NCBI GenBank assembly: GCA_949294555.1
Contig: CASFHP010000021.1
Span: 1,860 to 65,859, forward strand
From: an uncultured Eubacteriales bacterium
Lineage (GTDB): Bacteria > Bacillota > Clostridia > TANB77 > CAG-508
Reading direction: 5' to 3'
DNA: 64,000 bases
This document shows positions 9,843-21,662 of the stretch, piece after piece; within the stretch, counting starts at the first letter, position 1; every line of letters starts with the position of its first letter. Under the pieces are notes generated by a model, which was given only the letters and a program-made list of their open reading frames with translations, was not told the origin of the DNA and did not search any database. A program made the position numbers and the translations under genes.

Positions 9843-11309
9843 ATGAACAAATATAAACTAGAAATAACAGTATTTTTTAGTGGTGCATTAACAATGATGT
9901 TAGAATTAATAGCAGCAAGAATCTTATCGCCATATGTAGGAAGTTCTAATTTAATATGGACCACAATTATAGGAATTATGCTAATTAGTATGAGCATAGG
10001 CTATTGGTTTGGTGGAAAGATAGCAGATAAGAATAAAGAAAATGACAGTAGAATATTATCCAATTATTTATTAATTTCTGCCATAGCCACAAGTTTGATA
10101 CCAATCTTAGAAGTAGAATTTATAGAGGTATTATCACAAATTTCAGATAATTTGATTTTTGTTGCTATTATTTGTGCAGCAGTTACCTTTGGAATACCAA
10201 GCTTTCTATTAGCTACTGTATCTCCAATTGCTGTAAAAATAAAAAATAATAGTATAGACAGTGTTGGAGCAACATCAGGGAAAATATCATCCTTATCAAC
10301 GATAGGAAGTATATTTGGAACATTTTTTGCAGGATTTATCCTAATACCAAATTTAGGAGTAAGAAATATCATATTGGGTGCTTCTATTTTGCTATGGATA
10401 TTATCTGTTTACCTATTTGATAAAAAAGATAAAAAATATTTTCTACTTGTTATAGTAGAACTAATTGTAATTATTGGATTAAACCTTATAGGCGGATTTC
10501 TTTTCCAAAAGAATCATCCAGAAATATTACAAGATGTTGACTCAGAATATAGTAGAATATGGGTAAGAGAAGCACAAGCAGGAGAAACTACATACAAAAC
10601 GTTACAAGTGGATACAGGATTAGAATCATATATAGACCAAGAAACAGGCGAAATGGGTGCAAGATATCTATATTATTATGATTTATTTGAATATTATAAC
10701 CAAGAAGCAAAAGATGCATTGATGATAGGTGGAGCAGCATACACTTATCCAATGCATTATTTACAAAAATATGAAGATAAAACCATTGATGTCGTAGAAA
10801 TAGATGAAACCATGACACAAATTGCGGAAGAGCAATTTGGATTAGATAAAAATAATCCACATTTGGGCTTAATTACCCAAGATGGAAGAAGCTATTTAAA
10901 TTATAATGAAAAGAAATATGACACCATTTTCATAGATGCATTTAAAGGACTAAATGCACCATTTGAATTAACAACATATGAAGCCATGCAAAAGGCATAT
11001 GATAGTTTAAATGAAAATGGAACAGTAATAACGAATATCATTTCATCACTTGAAGGAGAAGACACAGACTTTATAGAATATGAATATACTACTTACAAAG
11101 CTATATTTGACGATGTAAAAGTATTTAAAGTAAATCCAGACCGTGCAAATGATGAAGAACAAAATGTGATATTAATAGGCATTAAGGGAAATGGAAATAT
11201 CAGTGCAGAAAAGGAAGAAGAATATAAGGATTTGCTAAATAATGAAATAAAAGATTTTACAAGTGATAAACCAATTGTTACAGATGATTATGCACCAATA
11301 GGAGATTAA
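9843..11309 (+). CDS. Fused membrane / spermidine-synthase-like protein
   Basis: Multi-TM N-terminal half. The C-terminal half has methyltransferase-fold spermidine-synthase-like motifs (MIGGAAYT, IFIDAF). Confidence 0.7.
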   Translation: MNKYKLEITVFFSGALTMMLELIAARILSPYVGSSNLIWTTIIGIMLISMSIGYWFGGKIADKNKENDSRILSNYLLISAIATSLIPILEVEFIEVLSQISDNLIFVAIICAAVTFGIPSFLLATVSPIAVKIKNNSIDSVGATSGKISSLSTIGSIFGTFFAGFILIPNLGVRNIILGASILLWILSVYLFDKKDKKYFLLVIVELIVIIGLNLIGGFLFQKNHPEILQDVDSEYSRIWVREAQAGETTYKTLQVDTGLESYIDQETGEMGARYLYYYDLFEYYNQEAKDALMIGGAAYTYPMHYLQKYEDKTIDVVEIDETMTQIAEEQFGLDKNNPHLGLITQDGRSYLNYNEKKYDTIFIDAFKGLNAPFELTTYEAMQKAYDSLNENGTVITNIISSLEGEDTDFIEYEYTTYKAIFDDVKVFKVNPDRANDEEQNVILIGIKGNGNISAEKEEEYKDLLNNEIKDFTSDKPIVTDDYAPIGD

Positions 11310-11365
11310 AAGAACAACAGGTTACCGTTTAGCGGCAAAAGTCAATACAATATAAACAAAAAGTC

Positions 11366-11394
11366 TTGACTTTTGCCAATATATTTGGTATTAT
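11366..11394 (+). promoter_or_regulatory. Sigma-A type promoter for the tRNA pair
   Basis: TTGACT (11366-11371), 17-nt spacer, TATTAT (11389-11394), about 13 nt before tRNA-Gly. Confidence 0.6.
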
Positions 11395-11407
11395 ATTATT
11401 TGCAAAT

Positions 11408-11483
11408 GCGGGAATAGCTCAGTTGATAGAGCGCTGCCTTGCCAAGGCAGAGGTCGCGGGTTTGAGCCCCGTTTCCCGCTCCA
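11408..11483 (+). tRNA. tRNA-Gly (anticodon GCC), encoded CCA
   Basis: Hand-folded cloverleaf: acceptor gcgggaa/ttcccgc, anticodon stem ctgcc/ggcag, loop ttGCCaa. Confidence 0.9.
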
Positions 11484-11564
11484 ATTTTTGTTCCAAATAA
11501 AAAATTAAAGACTTTTATATAGATAGTCATTGTTTATAAAATGGAAACATATAATTTACTATAT

Positions 11565-11639
11565 GGCGACATAGCCAAGTGGCTAAGGCACGAGTCTGCA
11601 AAACTCTGATCCCCGGTTCGAATCCGGGTGTCGCCTCCA
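11565..11639 (+). tRNA. tRNA-Cys (anticodon GCA), encoded CCA
   Basis: Acceptor ggcgaca/tgtcgcc, T arm cccgg-ttcgaat-ccggg, anticodon loop ctGCAaa. Confidence 0.85.
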
Positions 11640-11751
11640 ACGACGTTTCTGTTCGAACTTTTATGAACAGTAGATACAAATATCATTCTGAAAAAGGATG
11701 GTATTTTTTTGTTGCAAAAATATCATCCGAAAAGAAGGGATGGTGTTTTAA

Positions 11752-12021
11752 ATGAAGATAATTAAGCAAGAACTAGAATTTGAGGAATGTCTGAAACAAC
11801 GACTTGAGTTTATATGTGAGTTCTCTAAAGTTAGCCCTACTTTTATAAATGGTAGTATTAGAAAATTAGAGAGAACTAATCTTACATATATTGAGCCACA
11901 TAGAATGATTATTAAAAATATTACTTTTTTAGTTTTCAATTATTCTAATGACATCTATATTTCTAACTTAACTAAAAAGATTAAATTATCAGAGTTAGAA
12001 GAATATTTGAAAAATATATAA
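11752..12021 (+). CDS. Hypothetical protein at the left end of the mobile element
   Basis: 89-aa ORF following two tandem hairpin terminators. No motif recognised. Confidence 0.35.
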   Translation: MKIIKQELEFEECLKQRLEFICEFSKVSPTFINGSIRKLERTNLTYIEPHRMIIKNITFLVFNYSNDIYISNLTKKIKLSELEEYLKNI

Positions 12022-12032
12022 TTTGTAAATAT

Positions 12033-12060
12033 TTGACATTTCTTTAAATCGTGGTATAAT
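12033..12060 (+). promoter_or_regulatory. Near-consensus promoter for the recombinase gene
   Basis: TTGACA (12033-12038), 16-nt spacer with TG at 12052-12053 (extended -10), TATAAT (12055-12060). Confidence 0.6.
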
Positions 12061-12237
12061 GTACTCAATAAAATATCTATATCAGTTCGGAAAAAATATA
12101 TAGATATATGAGTACTTTGAAAAAATTATATTATATTGCATTATTATATTTTAGTTTATGATAAATGGATTTAAGAGATGTCAAGGGTACTCATGTACTT
12201 TGATGTCTCTTTTTGTTTTATAAGGAGGTTTTAAAAA

Positions 12238-14167
<1,930 letters not shown>

Positions 14168-14222
14168 CGTTGCACGTTTTGTTTTTGCTTTTGCAAAAAT
14201 GAAAGTGGCGATAGTTAATTTG

Positions 14223-14335
14223 AATAAATTTTGTCCCTTATGGGAGAAAATTTATTGCCTCGCAGAGCCCCCATGTTTTGATATGATGTCAAAACATATA
14301 GGGGGTTAGGAATATTGACTAAAGTCAAATTCCTA
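14223..14335 (+). promoter_or_regulatory. Candidate oriT / mob control region (three inverted repeats)
   Basis: IRs aataaatttt...aaaatttatt (14223-14256), cccccatgttttga...tcaaaacatataggggg (14268-14305) and taggaatattgac...gtcaaattccta (14307-14335), directly upstream of the relaxase gene. Confidence 0.4.
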
Positions 14336-14368
14336 TGCTACGAAGTTCGAGCGAAAGGAGGAAAAAAG

Positions 14369-15760
14369 ATGAGCGAAGAATTAGCATATTCTATTCACTT
14401 GGGTAGTGATAAAAATAAAACAGCAAAAGCAAAACACATTGCAAAAAATAATCCATCTGGAGAAACATCATTTGCGAATAATGGAATACAAAATGCTACA
14501 CAGTTATCAAAAGTGAATAAACACAATTTGAGAGATTATGATAATAATAAAGATAATATTTATATTTTGTATGGAACAGATAACTTATATCAAGATGTTC
14601 AAGATTTATATTTACAAGAGTTTGAACAAGCAAGACTAGAATATAACAATAAACAGACTCGTGAAGATAGAAAAATTGACAACTATTTTAAACACATATC
14701 ACAAGATAAACAAAAAGACTTGGCTTGCGAACTAATAATAGAACTTGGAGATATGGACTTTTGGGATGATAAAAGTTTAAATTATAAAATGAATATGAGA
14801 TATGTTTTTAATGAACAAGTACAAGACTTAATGAGAATTGTACCAGAATTTAAAGTTGCAAATGCAGTAATACATTTTGATGAACTATCTCCACATCTAC
14901 ATTTAGTTGGTGTTCCTGTAAAAGATGATTATAAAAAAGGTATGAGAAAGCAACCTGCAAAATCAAAAGTATTTACAAAAGAGTCTTTAGGTCGAATACA
15001 AGATGAAATGAGAGTTTGTTGTATAAAATCGTATAATAAGCATTATGAAAAGACCTCAATACTAAAACAAAAGAAAAAAGGCAGAAATCAAGATATAGAT
15101 GTCAAAGATATGGGAGATTATAGGCAAATAAAAAAGCAACTAGAACAGAAAGAGAAAAAACTTGCTGAAGCCAATAATCAAACTAAAAAACTAGATAATA
15201 CAACTAAAGATATAAACATAATACTAGACAATCTAAAACCTACTAAACTAAATAAAAATAATATGATTATTTCAAGCAAGGATGTCCAAATAATAAAAGA
15301 TTACACAAATAATGTAAAAGATACCACTAAAACTATTAGAAGTGTTAATGACTTAAATATGGCGATTAAAGATTTTGAACATAGTTCTTTTGAAATAAGA
15401 CAAGAAAATCGTTCTTTAAAATATCAATTAGAATTAAAAGATGATGAAATAAGCAGTTTAAAAGGTGAATTATCAACTAAAGACAAGATTATAGATAAGT
15501 TACGAACTGAAAAAGAAAAAATAAAACAAGAATTACAGAAATTTAAAGGCTTTTGGCATAGTATTATGAGCCATTTTCACAAAAGAATTTGCTATGATAA
15601 AGATAATAACTATAAAATTGTTAGTGATGACCTATATAAAAATGGCATATTTGACAATAACGATAATGAAATCGCTAATAATATTTATAGAAAAGTAACT
15701 ATACTAGATGAAAACAAGCAAACTAAGAACAAAAAGAAAAATAATGATACCAGATTTTAA
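14369..15760 (+). CDS. MobV-family (Mob/Pre) relaxase
   Basis: HFDELSPHLHLVGVP matches the HxDExxPHxH relaxase motif. Long coiled-coil C-terminus. I prefer ATG 14369 after RBS gaaaggagg over the track start at 14315. Confidence 0.85.
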   Translation: MSEELAYSIHLGSDKNKTAKAKHIAKNNPSGETSFANNGIQNATQLSKVNKHNLRDYDNNKDNIYILYGTDNLYQDVQDLYLQEFEQARLEYNNKQTREDRKIDNYFKHISQDKQKDLACELIIELGDMDFWDDKSLNYKMNMRYVFNEQVQDLMRIVPEFKVANAVIHFDELSPHLHLVGVPVKDDYKKGMRKQPAKSKVFTKESLGRIQDEMRVCCIKSYNKHYEKTSILKQKKKGRNQDIDVKDMGDYRQIKKQLEQKEKKLAEANNQTKKLDNTTKDINIILDNLKPTKLNKNNMIISSKDVQIIKDYTNNVKDTTKTIRSVNDLNMAIKDFEHSSFEIRQENRSLKYQLELKDDEISSLKGELSTKDKIIDKLRTEKEKIKQELQKFKGFWHSIMSHFHKRICYDKDNNYKIVSDDLYKNGIFDNNDNEIANNIYRKVTILDENKQTKNKKKNNDTRF

Positions 15761-15775
15761 AAGGAGAAAAAAGTT

Positions 15776-16165
15776 ATGAATAACGAATTACCAAAAACAA
15801 AAATTGATGAAACAACAGGTATTGAATACCATTTAGAGGGGGATTATTATATACCAAACCTAGCAATGCCTAAACAAGAAAAAATTACTTTAAATAAATA
15901 TGGAAGAATGAGATTAAAATATTTGAAAGAACACAAAAAAGCAGAATATACTATAATGCTAATGGATGGAACATTAAATACACATTTAAAAGAAATACAA
16001 GAAATAGCAGATATTAGAGTACAACAGATTATTAGTGAGTTAAAAGCTAAAAGTGATTTGACAGAAGATATGAAAAATACAGATATGCTTTATTGGGTTG
16101 GTACTATAAACTCGATTAAGGCTCAAGCAGAAGAAATTGTTTTTAGCCAATTGATATATATTTGA
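15776..16165 (+). CDS. tnpV: TnpV-like transposon protein
   Basis: The N-terminal pattern TGIEYHLEGDYYIPNLAMPKQE...YGRMRLKYLKEHK is typical of TnpV from Tn4451-type elements (recalled, not searched). Confidence 0.7.
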   Translation: MNNELPKTKIDETTGIEYHLEGDYYIPNLAMPKQEKITLNKYGRMRLKYLKEHKKAEYTIMLMDGTLNTHLKEIQEIADIRVQQIISELKAKSDLTEDMKNTDMLYWVGTINSIKAQAEEIVFSQLIYI

Positions 16166-16334
16166 AAAGTTTTTAAAAGCAAAGGAACTTTAAAAATCAT
16201 TGCTTTTATGCTATTATTCAGCCAGTAAAACTTGCAATATTATGTAAAATATAGTATAATATAAGAAGTATTATCGAAAAGATATACTCTGAAACAGGAA
16301 ATCTAACGTTTAATCAATTTAAGGAGGACAAATT

Positions 16335-16910
16335 ATGAGTTACGATTCACAGTTAGAAGGTATGTTGGCATTGGCTATTGCAATGGCTTCTGGTAATGCA
16401 TCCGAAGGACTCGAAACGGTTCAAAATGATGAACAGAGCAGAGTAAGAAATTCAAGCAGACTACCTCGAGATATGAGACCGAGTCAAGCAGCTTTTGAAG
16501 CACTTGGATTTACTTTCACTGATACAGGTGATGATGTTTTGTTTGAGGCAACTTTGCCTGAAGGTTGGTCAACACAGGAAACTCCTGGCTCAAGTATTTT
16601 GTGGGAAAATCTGGTTGACGATAAAGGTCGTGTACGTGGTAACTACTGCTATAAAGGAGCATTCTATGATCGATATGGTCATATGAGTTTATCTTGTAGG
16701 TATCACTCAACCTATCAGCATACTGACCCTGATAATTATGACAGTCCCATAAATGTTGTTGTTACAGATGCAGATGGTTCCGTTATTTTTAATGCTGGTC
16801 AGTGCAAAGAAGCTTATTCAGAGGAGTATGATAAGCTCGTTGCAAAAGCTGAAGAGTACCTTAAGTCTAACTATCCTGAATGGAAAGATGTTACGAAATA
16901 CTGGGACTAA
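16335..16910 (+). CDS. Hypothetical cargo protein (GC-richer than its surroundings)
   Basis: 191-aa ORF with its own TTGCAA-N17-TATAAT promoter (16232-16260), RBS aaggagg, and a hairpin terminator ctaccaccaa...ttggtggtag plus T-run at ~16943-16980. Confidence 0.55.
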   Translation: MSYDSQLEGMLALAIAMASGNASEGLETVQNDEQSRVRNSSRLPRDMRPSQAAFEALGFTFTDTGDDVLFEATLPEGWSTQETPGSSILWENLVDDKGRVRGNYCYKGAFYDRYGHMSLSCRYHSTYQHTDPDNYDSPINVVVTDADGSVIFNAGQCKEAYSEEYDKLVAKAEEYLKSNYPEWKDVTKYWD

Positions 16911-17519
16911 CTAGTCTCTTCTCGTAATCTTTCTATGTGATAACTACCACCAATTGAAAAACTGGTGGTAGTTGTTTTTTTATAATTTTTATTGCAATTT
17001 ATGAAAAATATGATATACTTTAATAAATTGATTGATATTTGTATCAATTGTTAAGAGAAAAAAGTTGTAAATAACTACGACGTTCGCTCCAATTTGAATA
17101 AGTTTAGACGGTTATTATAGAGTGTTATATAACATCGTAGTCAAGAAATTTTGAACATAAAAAATAATATTTGACATATAATAATTAATGTAGTATACTA
17201 TATTTAGCTTATAAGCAAATTAATTTGATGTATAACATTTGTGAAAATGTAACACTGGAAAAAGACTAACAGGGCAAAAAGGTTAGTCTTTTTCCATTAT
17301 AAAAGACTAGGAGGGCAAATCCTAGTCTTTTTCTGTCTAATCATCTAATTCTTTTAAAATCAAAAGAATAATGATTAATGCAATCAATTTGATGTATTTT
17401 TTCATTTGTGCAAATAACACCTCCTTTCTAGCTTATTGCCGAAAGGCTATTTTAATATACAATATTTTACAATAAAAAACAAGCGAACATAGTAAAAATT
17501 TACAAGTAATTTATAATCT

Positions 17520-17969
17520 TTATTTCCAATAATATTTTCCATTAACATCACAATAACAATCCAATTTCAAATAATTTTTATCATGATGAAAATAAAATTG
17601 CTCAATAAACATTTTATCGCTTTCCACAATATTGTCAGCCTTTTTAATTTCATCTAAAGTAAACCATTTAGTTTGAAATTCAGGATTTGAAATAACTAGT
17701 TCTTTTTTCATATTTAAAAGACAAATATATAAAAAACTAGTAACATTTTTATCGTGCATAATTTCAGTAGCAGTTCCCAATAATTTTACAAATTCCATGG
17801 AAACACCAATTTCTTCACGCATTTCTCTTATAATAGCGTTATCCAAATGTTCACATTCTTCAACCTTTCCACCAGGAATAGCCCATAAATTAATAAAATC
17901 ACCACGTTCTCTTTTTACCAACAATATTTTGTTCTCTTTTTCCACAATTCCTAAAACAACATTAACCAT
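17520..17969 (-). CDS. NUDIX hydrolase
   Basis: NUDIX box GGKVEECEHLDNAIIREMREEIGV. Confidence 0.85.
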   Translation of the reverse strand: MVNVVLGIVEKENKILLVKRERGDFINLWAIPGGKVEECEHLDNAIIREMREEIGVSMEFVKLLGTATEIMHDKNVTSFLYICLLNMKKELVISNPEFQTKWFTLDEIKKADNIVESDKMFIEQFYFHHDKNYLKLDCYCDVNGKYYWK

Positions 17970-18055
17970 TTTTTAAGCTCACATCCTTATAAATAATCAT
18001 TAGAAATATTAATATACTAATAAAATAAATTTGTCAATAAATTTATAAAAAACTA

Positions 18056-18115
18056 TTGACAATTGAATGATTATTCAACTATAATATAGTAAAGAATAAT
18101 TGAATGTATATTCAA
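18056..18115 (+). promoter_or_regulatory. cad operon promoter with two ArsR/CadC-type palindromic operators
   Basis: TTGACA (18056-18061) and TATAAT (18080-18085). TTGAATGATTATTCAA (18063-18078) lies between -35 and -10. A second copy TTGAATGTATATTCAA lies at 18100-18115. Confidence 0.5.
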
Positions 18116-18139
18116 CTGTATATGGAAAGGAGAAAAAAT

Positions 18140-18502
18140 ATGGTTGCAAGAATAGAAATGTGTGATTGTAATAGTATTCATCAAGATGTGGTTGATACAG
18201 TTAAAGACCATATGTTATCAGATAAAAAAATAGAAGCTTTAGCAAACTTTTATAAAATATTTAGTGATGCGACAAAAATAAAAATCTTATGGGCATTAGA
18301 TGTTCATGAAATGTGTGTATGTGATTTAGCAGTCTTAACAAATATGACAAAATCAGCGATTTCACATCAACTAAAAGCATTGAAAGAATCAAATCTTGTA
18401 AAATACCGAAGAGAAGGTAAAAATGTATATTATGCACTATCAGATACTTGTACTCGTAACATTATAGAAAAAGGTATTTTACATACAATCAACAAAGAAT
18501 GA
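18140..18502 (+). CDS. cadC: ArsR/SmtB-family metal-sensing repressor (CadC-like)
   Basis: N-terminal CDC and the ELxVCDL-type motif EMCVCDLA. wHTH region SAISHQLKALK. I prefer the start at ATG 18140 after RBS ggaaaggag. Confidence 0.8.
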   Translation: MVARIEMCDCNSIHQDVVDTVKDHMLSDKKIEALANFYKIFSDATKIKILWALDVHEMCVCDLAVLTNMTKSAISHQLKALKESNLVKYRREGKNVYYALSDTCTRNIIEKGILHTINKE

Positions 18503-18593
18503 GAAATGTAATTAGAAAATTTGTAATATCCTAACATGAAAGTTTATTTTACAAATAAAGAAAATAGAAAAAGAGAAAGGAAAATAGATATTT

Positions 18594-18815
18594 ATGAAAA
18601 AGAATTATATATCAGAAGATTTAGATTGTGCAAATTGTGCAGCAAAAATAGAAGATGGCGTAAAAAACATAGAAGGTGTTTTAGAATGTTCAGTAAGTTT
18701 CATAACAGAAAAAATGATTGTAGAAATTGAAGAAGGAAAAGAAAAAGAAGTAGAGAAACAAATTAAAAAAGTTGTTAAAAAAATTGAGCCAGATACCACA
18801 CTAAGAGAAGCATAA
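18594..18815 (+). CDS. Heavy-metal-associated (HMA) domain protein / metallochaperone
   Basis: CANCAAKIE CxxC motif in a 73-aa ferredoxin-like ORF. Confidence 0.8.
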   Translation: MKKNYISEDLDCANCAAKIEDGVKNIEGVLECSVSFITEKMIVEIEEGKEKEVEKQIKKVVKKIEPDTTLREA

Positions 18816-18887
18816 AAAGTGAGTTTCAAATGAAAAAGTTTAATTTTGTAAATTTAGTCGACAACGTAAGAAGGGAGAAACATAAAA

Positions 18888-20756
18888 ATGAAAAAAAAAT
18901 TGAGAAAAATTATTATCTCAGCTATCATTTTTTTAATAGCTGTTCTAATAGAGAAAATAAATTTTATGAATATAGATGAACAAATTATTTCAACAATACA
19001 AATTATTTTATATGTACTAAGTTACTTAATTGCTGGATTTGAAGTATTAAAAGAAGCGGTTATCAATATTTTTCATGGCGAATTTTTTGATGAAAATTTT
19101 TTAATGAGCATTGCAACGATTGGAGCATTTGCCATTCAAGAATTTCCAGAAGCAGTAGCAGTTATGCTATTTTATCAAGTAGGAGAGTATTTCCAAAGTT
19201 ATGCAGTAAAAAAATCTAGAAAGTCAATAGCAAGTTTAATGGATATCAGGCCAGATTATGCAAATGTAAAAGCGGATGGGAAGGTTGAAAAGAAATCTCC
19301 AGAAGAAGTAAAAATTGGAGATACCATTGTTGTAAAACCAGGGGAAAAAGTTCCGCTAGACGGAATTGTGATGGAAGGAACTTCTATGTTAGACACAGCA
19401 GCTCTTACAGGAGAATCTGTGCCACGAGAAGTAACTGTAAATGATAAAATATTAAGTGGATGTATTAACTTAAATGGTGTTCTAGAAGTAAAAGTAGAAA
19501 AAGAATTTGGAGAATCAACAGTTAGTAAAATATTAGATTTGGTTGAAAATGCAACAAACAAAAAAGCAAAAACAGAAAATTTTATTACAAAATTTTCAAA
19601 ATATTATACACCAATTGTTGTATTTTTAGCGTTAATTATAGCTTTTATCCCACCGATTGTAACCAAAACAGATATGTTAGATTGGGTATATAGAGCCCTT
19701 ACATTTTTAGTGGTATCTTGCCCATGTGCATTAGTCATATCTGTTCCACTAAGCTTCTTTAGCGGAATTGGTGCAGCATCTAAAAAGGGAATATTGGTTA
19801 AAGGAAGCAACTATTTAGAATTATTATCTAAAACAGAAATTGCGGTATTTGATAAAACAGGAACATTGACAGAAGGTGTTTTTGATGTACAGAAAATTGC
19901 AAATGAAAAGCAAATTAGTCAAGAAGAATTATTAGAATTAGCAGCATATTGTGAAAGCTATTCAAATCATCCAATATCACTTTCTATTCAAAAAGCGTAT
20001 GGAAAAGAAATTAATAAAAAGCGAATTCTTGACAGTAAAGAATTCGCAGGAAAAGGGATTATCAGCAAAATTGACGAAAAGCAAGTCGCTTGTGGGAATA
20101 TAAAATTAATGAAGGAATTGAATCTAGAAAATGTAAAACCAGTAGAAGAAATGGGAACTGTGATTTATGTAGCAATTGATAAAAAATATGCTGGCTATAT
20201 CTTAATTAGTGATAAAATAAAAGAAGATTCTAAGAAAGCAATTCAAGAATTAAAGCAGGCAGGCGTGAAAAAAACAGTTATGCTAACAGGAGATAATAAA
20301 GATGTTGCAAAAAAAGTAAATCAAGAATTAAATTTAGATGTAGTATATAGCGAATTACTTCCAGTAGATAAAGTAAATAAATTAGAGGAATTATTGAAAA
20401 ATAAAAATGAAGAAGCAAAATTAGCTTTTATTGGAGATGGTATCAATGACGCGCCAGTACTAGCAAGAGCAGATATAGGAATTGCAATGGGAGGCTTGGG
20501 ATCAGATGCAGCAATAGAAGCAGCAGACATTGTTATAATGACAGATGAACCATCTAAAATTGCAACAGCTATGAAAATATCAAGAAAGACGTTAAAAATT
20601 GTATATCAAAATATTAGTTTTGCATTAATTGTAAAAATTGGCGTTTTAATATTAAGTGCATTTGGATTGACTTCTATGTGGGCTGCAGTATTTGCAGATG
20701 TAGGGGTTACAGTATTAGCAGTACTAAATTCGTTTAGAGCATTAAAATCAAAATAA
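18888..20756 (+). CDS. cadA: P1B-type heavy-metal (Cd/Zn-type) translocating ATPase
   Basis: CPC motif (SCPCALVISVP), DKTGTLT phosphorylation site, GDGINDAP hinge. Confidence 0.9.
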   Translation: MKKKLRKIIISAIIFLIAVLIEKINFMNIDEQIISTIQIILYVLSYLIAGFEVLKEAVINIFHGEFFDENFLMSIATIGAFAIQEFPEAVAVMLFYQVGEYFQSYAVKKSRKSIASLMDIRPDYANVKADGKVEKKSPEEVKIGDTIVVKPGEKVPLDGIVMEGTSMLDTAALTGESVPREVTVNDKILSGCINLNGVLEVKVEKEFGESTVSKILDLVENATNKKAKTENFITKFSKYYTPIVVFLALIIAFIPPIVTKTDMLDWVYRALTFLVVSCPCALVISVPLSFFSGIGAASKKGILVKGSNYLELLSKTEIAVFDKTGTLTEGVFDVQKIANEKQISQEELLELAAYCESYSNHPISLSIQKAYGKEINKKRILDSKEFAGKGIISKIDEKQVACGNIKLMKELNLENVKPVEEMGTVIYVAIDKKYAGYILISDKIKEDSKKAIQELKQAGVKKTVMLTGDNKDVAKKVNQELNLDVVYSELLPVDKVNKLEELLKNKNEEAKLAFIGDGINDAPVLARADIGIAMGGLGSDAAIEAADIVIMTDEPSKIATAMKISRKTLKIVYQNISFALIVKIGVLILSAFGLTSMWAAVFADVGVTVLAVLNSFRALKSK

Positions 20757-20813
20757 ATAAAGAATGGGAACGTGCCAAATTGTTTCATCTTGAAATGATT
20801 TGACACGTTCCTA

Positions 20814-21650
20814 TTATTTTACAATTTTTATAAAATTATATTCATATCCTGAAACCGTATTATTATCGTATTTGTATCCTTTATAAATACCACCATCATC
20901 TCCACTTAAATCTACTTGAAGTCTTACTGGACAAATAAATTCTTCATTTAAATTATTAATAATATGAATTGTAAAATTCAAAGAATAATTTACATCATTC
21001 AAATCAATGCCAGCTTCTTGTAATACTTTACCATTGAAAGAAATCGTATTGGAATCAGAAGAAGTAGCATAATTTGTGACGATATTCTCATTCATATATT
21101 CTAAAGTAATTGGATTTGAACAATCTGTGTAAAATGTTGGTGTTTCATAGTCTGTATTATTATTTTCATCATTTGTATTGACGATATGATATTCTATTTT
21201 ACTGCTGTTGGTTTCATCAATTTCTGTATATTTTGCAAAATCTAATGCATTTTTGTAATTTATATATTGGTGACCTTTATCAGAACCAGTTGAAATACTG
21301 ATATTGTCAATATATAATTCTTTTACAGTATTTTCATTTGTAATATCATAAACTGTACTGGTATTATCTAAGTATATTGCAATATCGCTATATTGCAATA
21401 TACTTAAATCTTGCAAAGATTCATTTTCACTTGTATCAATAGCATTTGCACTGCTATATACAATAATTCTTTGAATTTTAAATATAGGATTTTCATTTTG
21501 CTCGGCAATTTTTTCCATTTGTGTAGAAAATTCATCTTTTGCATAGGTTACTCTGAAAATCAAATCATAATACAAAAATGATAACACACATAATAGTAAT
21601 ATCAAAATTGTAAAAATAGTTTTATGATGTTTAATTTTTATCTTTTTCAT
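20814..21650 (-). CDS. Hypothetical membrane-anchored protein
   Basis: N-terminal TM segment after MKKIKIKHHK. Lies in an operon with the downstream hydrolase. Confidence 0.5.
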   Translation of the reverse strand: MKKIKIKHHKTIFTILILLLCVLSFLYYDLIFRVTYAKDEFSTQMEKIAEQNENPIFKIQRIIVYSSANAIDTSENESLQDLSILQYSDIAIYLDNTSTVYDITNENTVKELYIDNISISTGSDKGHQYINYKNALDFAKYTEIDETNSSKIEYHIVNTNDENNNTDYETPTFYTDCSNPITLEYMNENIVTNYATSSDSNTISFNGKVLQEAGIDLNDVNYSLNFTIHIINNLNEEFICPVRLQVDLSGDDGGIYKGYKYDNNTVSGYEYNFIKIVK

Positions 21651-21662
21651 AAGGACTCCTTT

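Noticed and set aside
17085-17095. cgctccaattt at the right flank of the mobile element as a duplicated tRNA 3' end (att site)
   Set aside because: It is only an 11-nt match, and it matches the tRNA-Gly end rather than tRNA-Cys, where the element actually abuts. It is too short to call, so I kept it only as a note under the element finding.
18536-18730. 64-aa + strand ORF rich in K/R/C
   Set aside because: It overlaps the HMA-domain gene out of frame. The HMA frame has the CxxC motif and a proper RBS.
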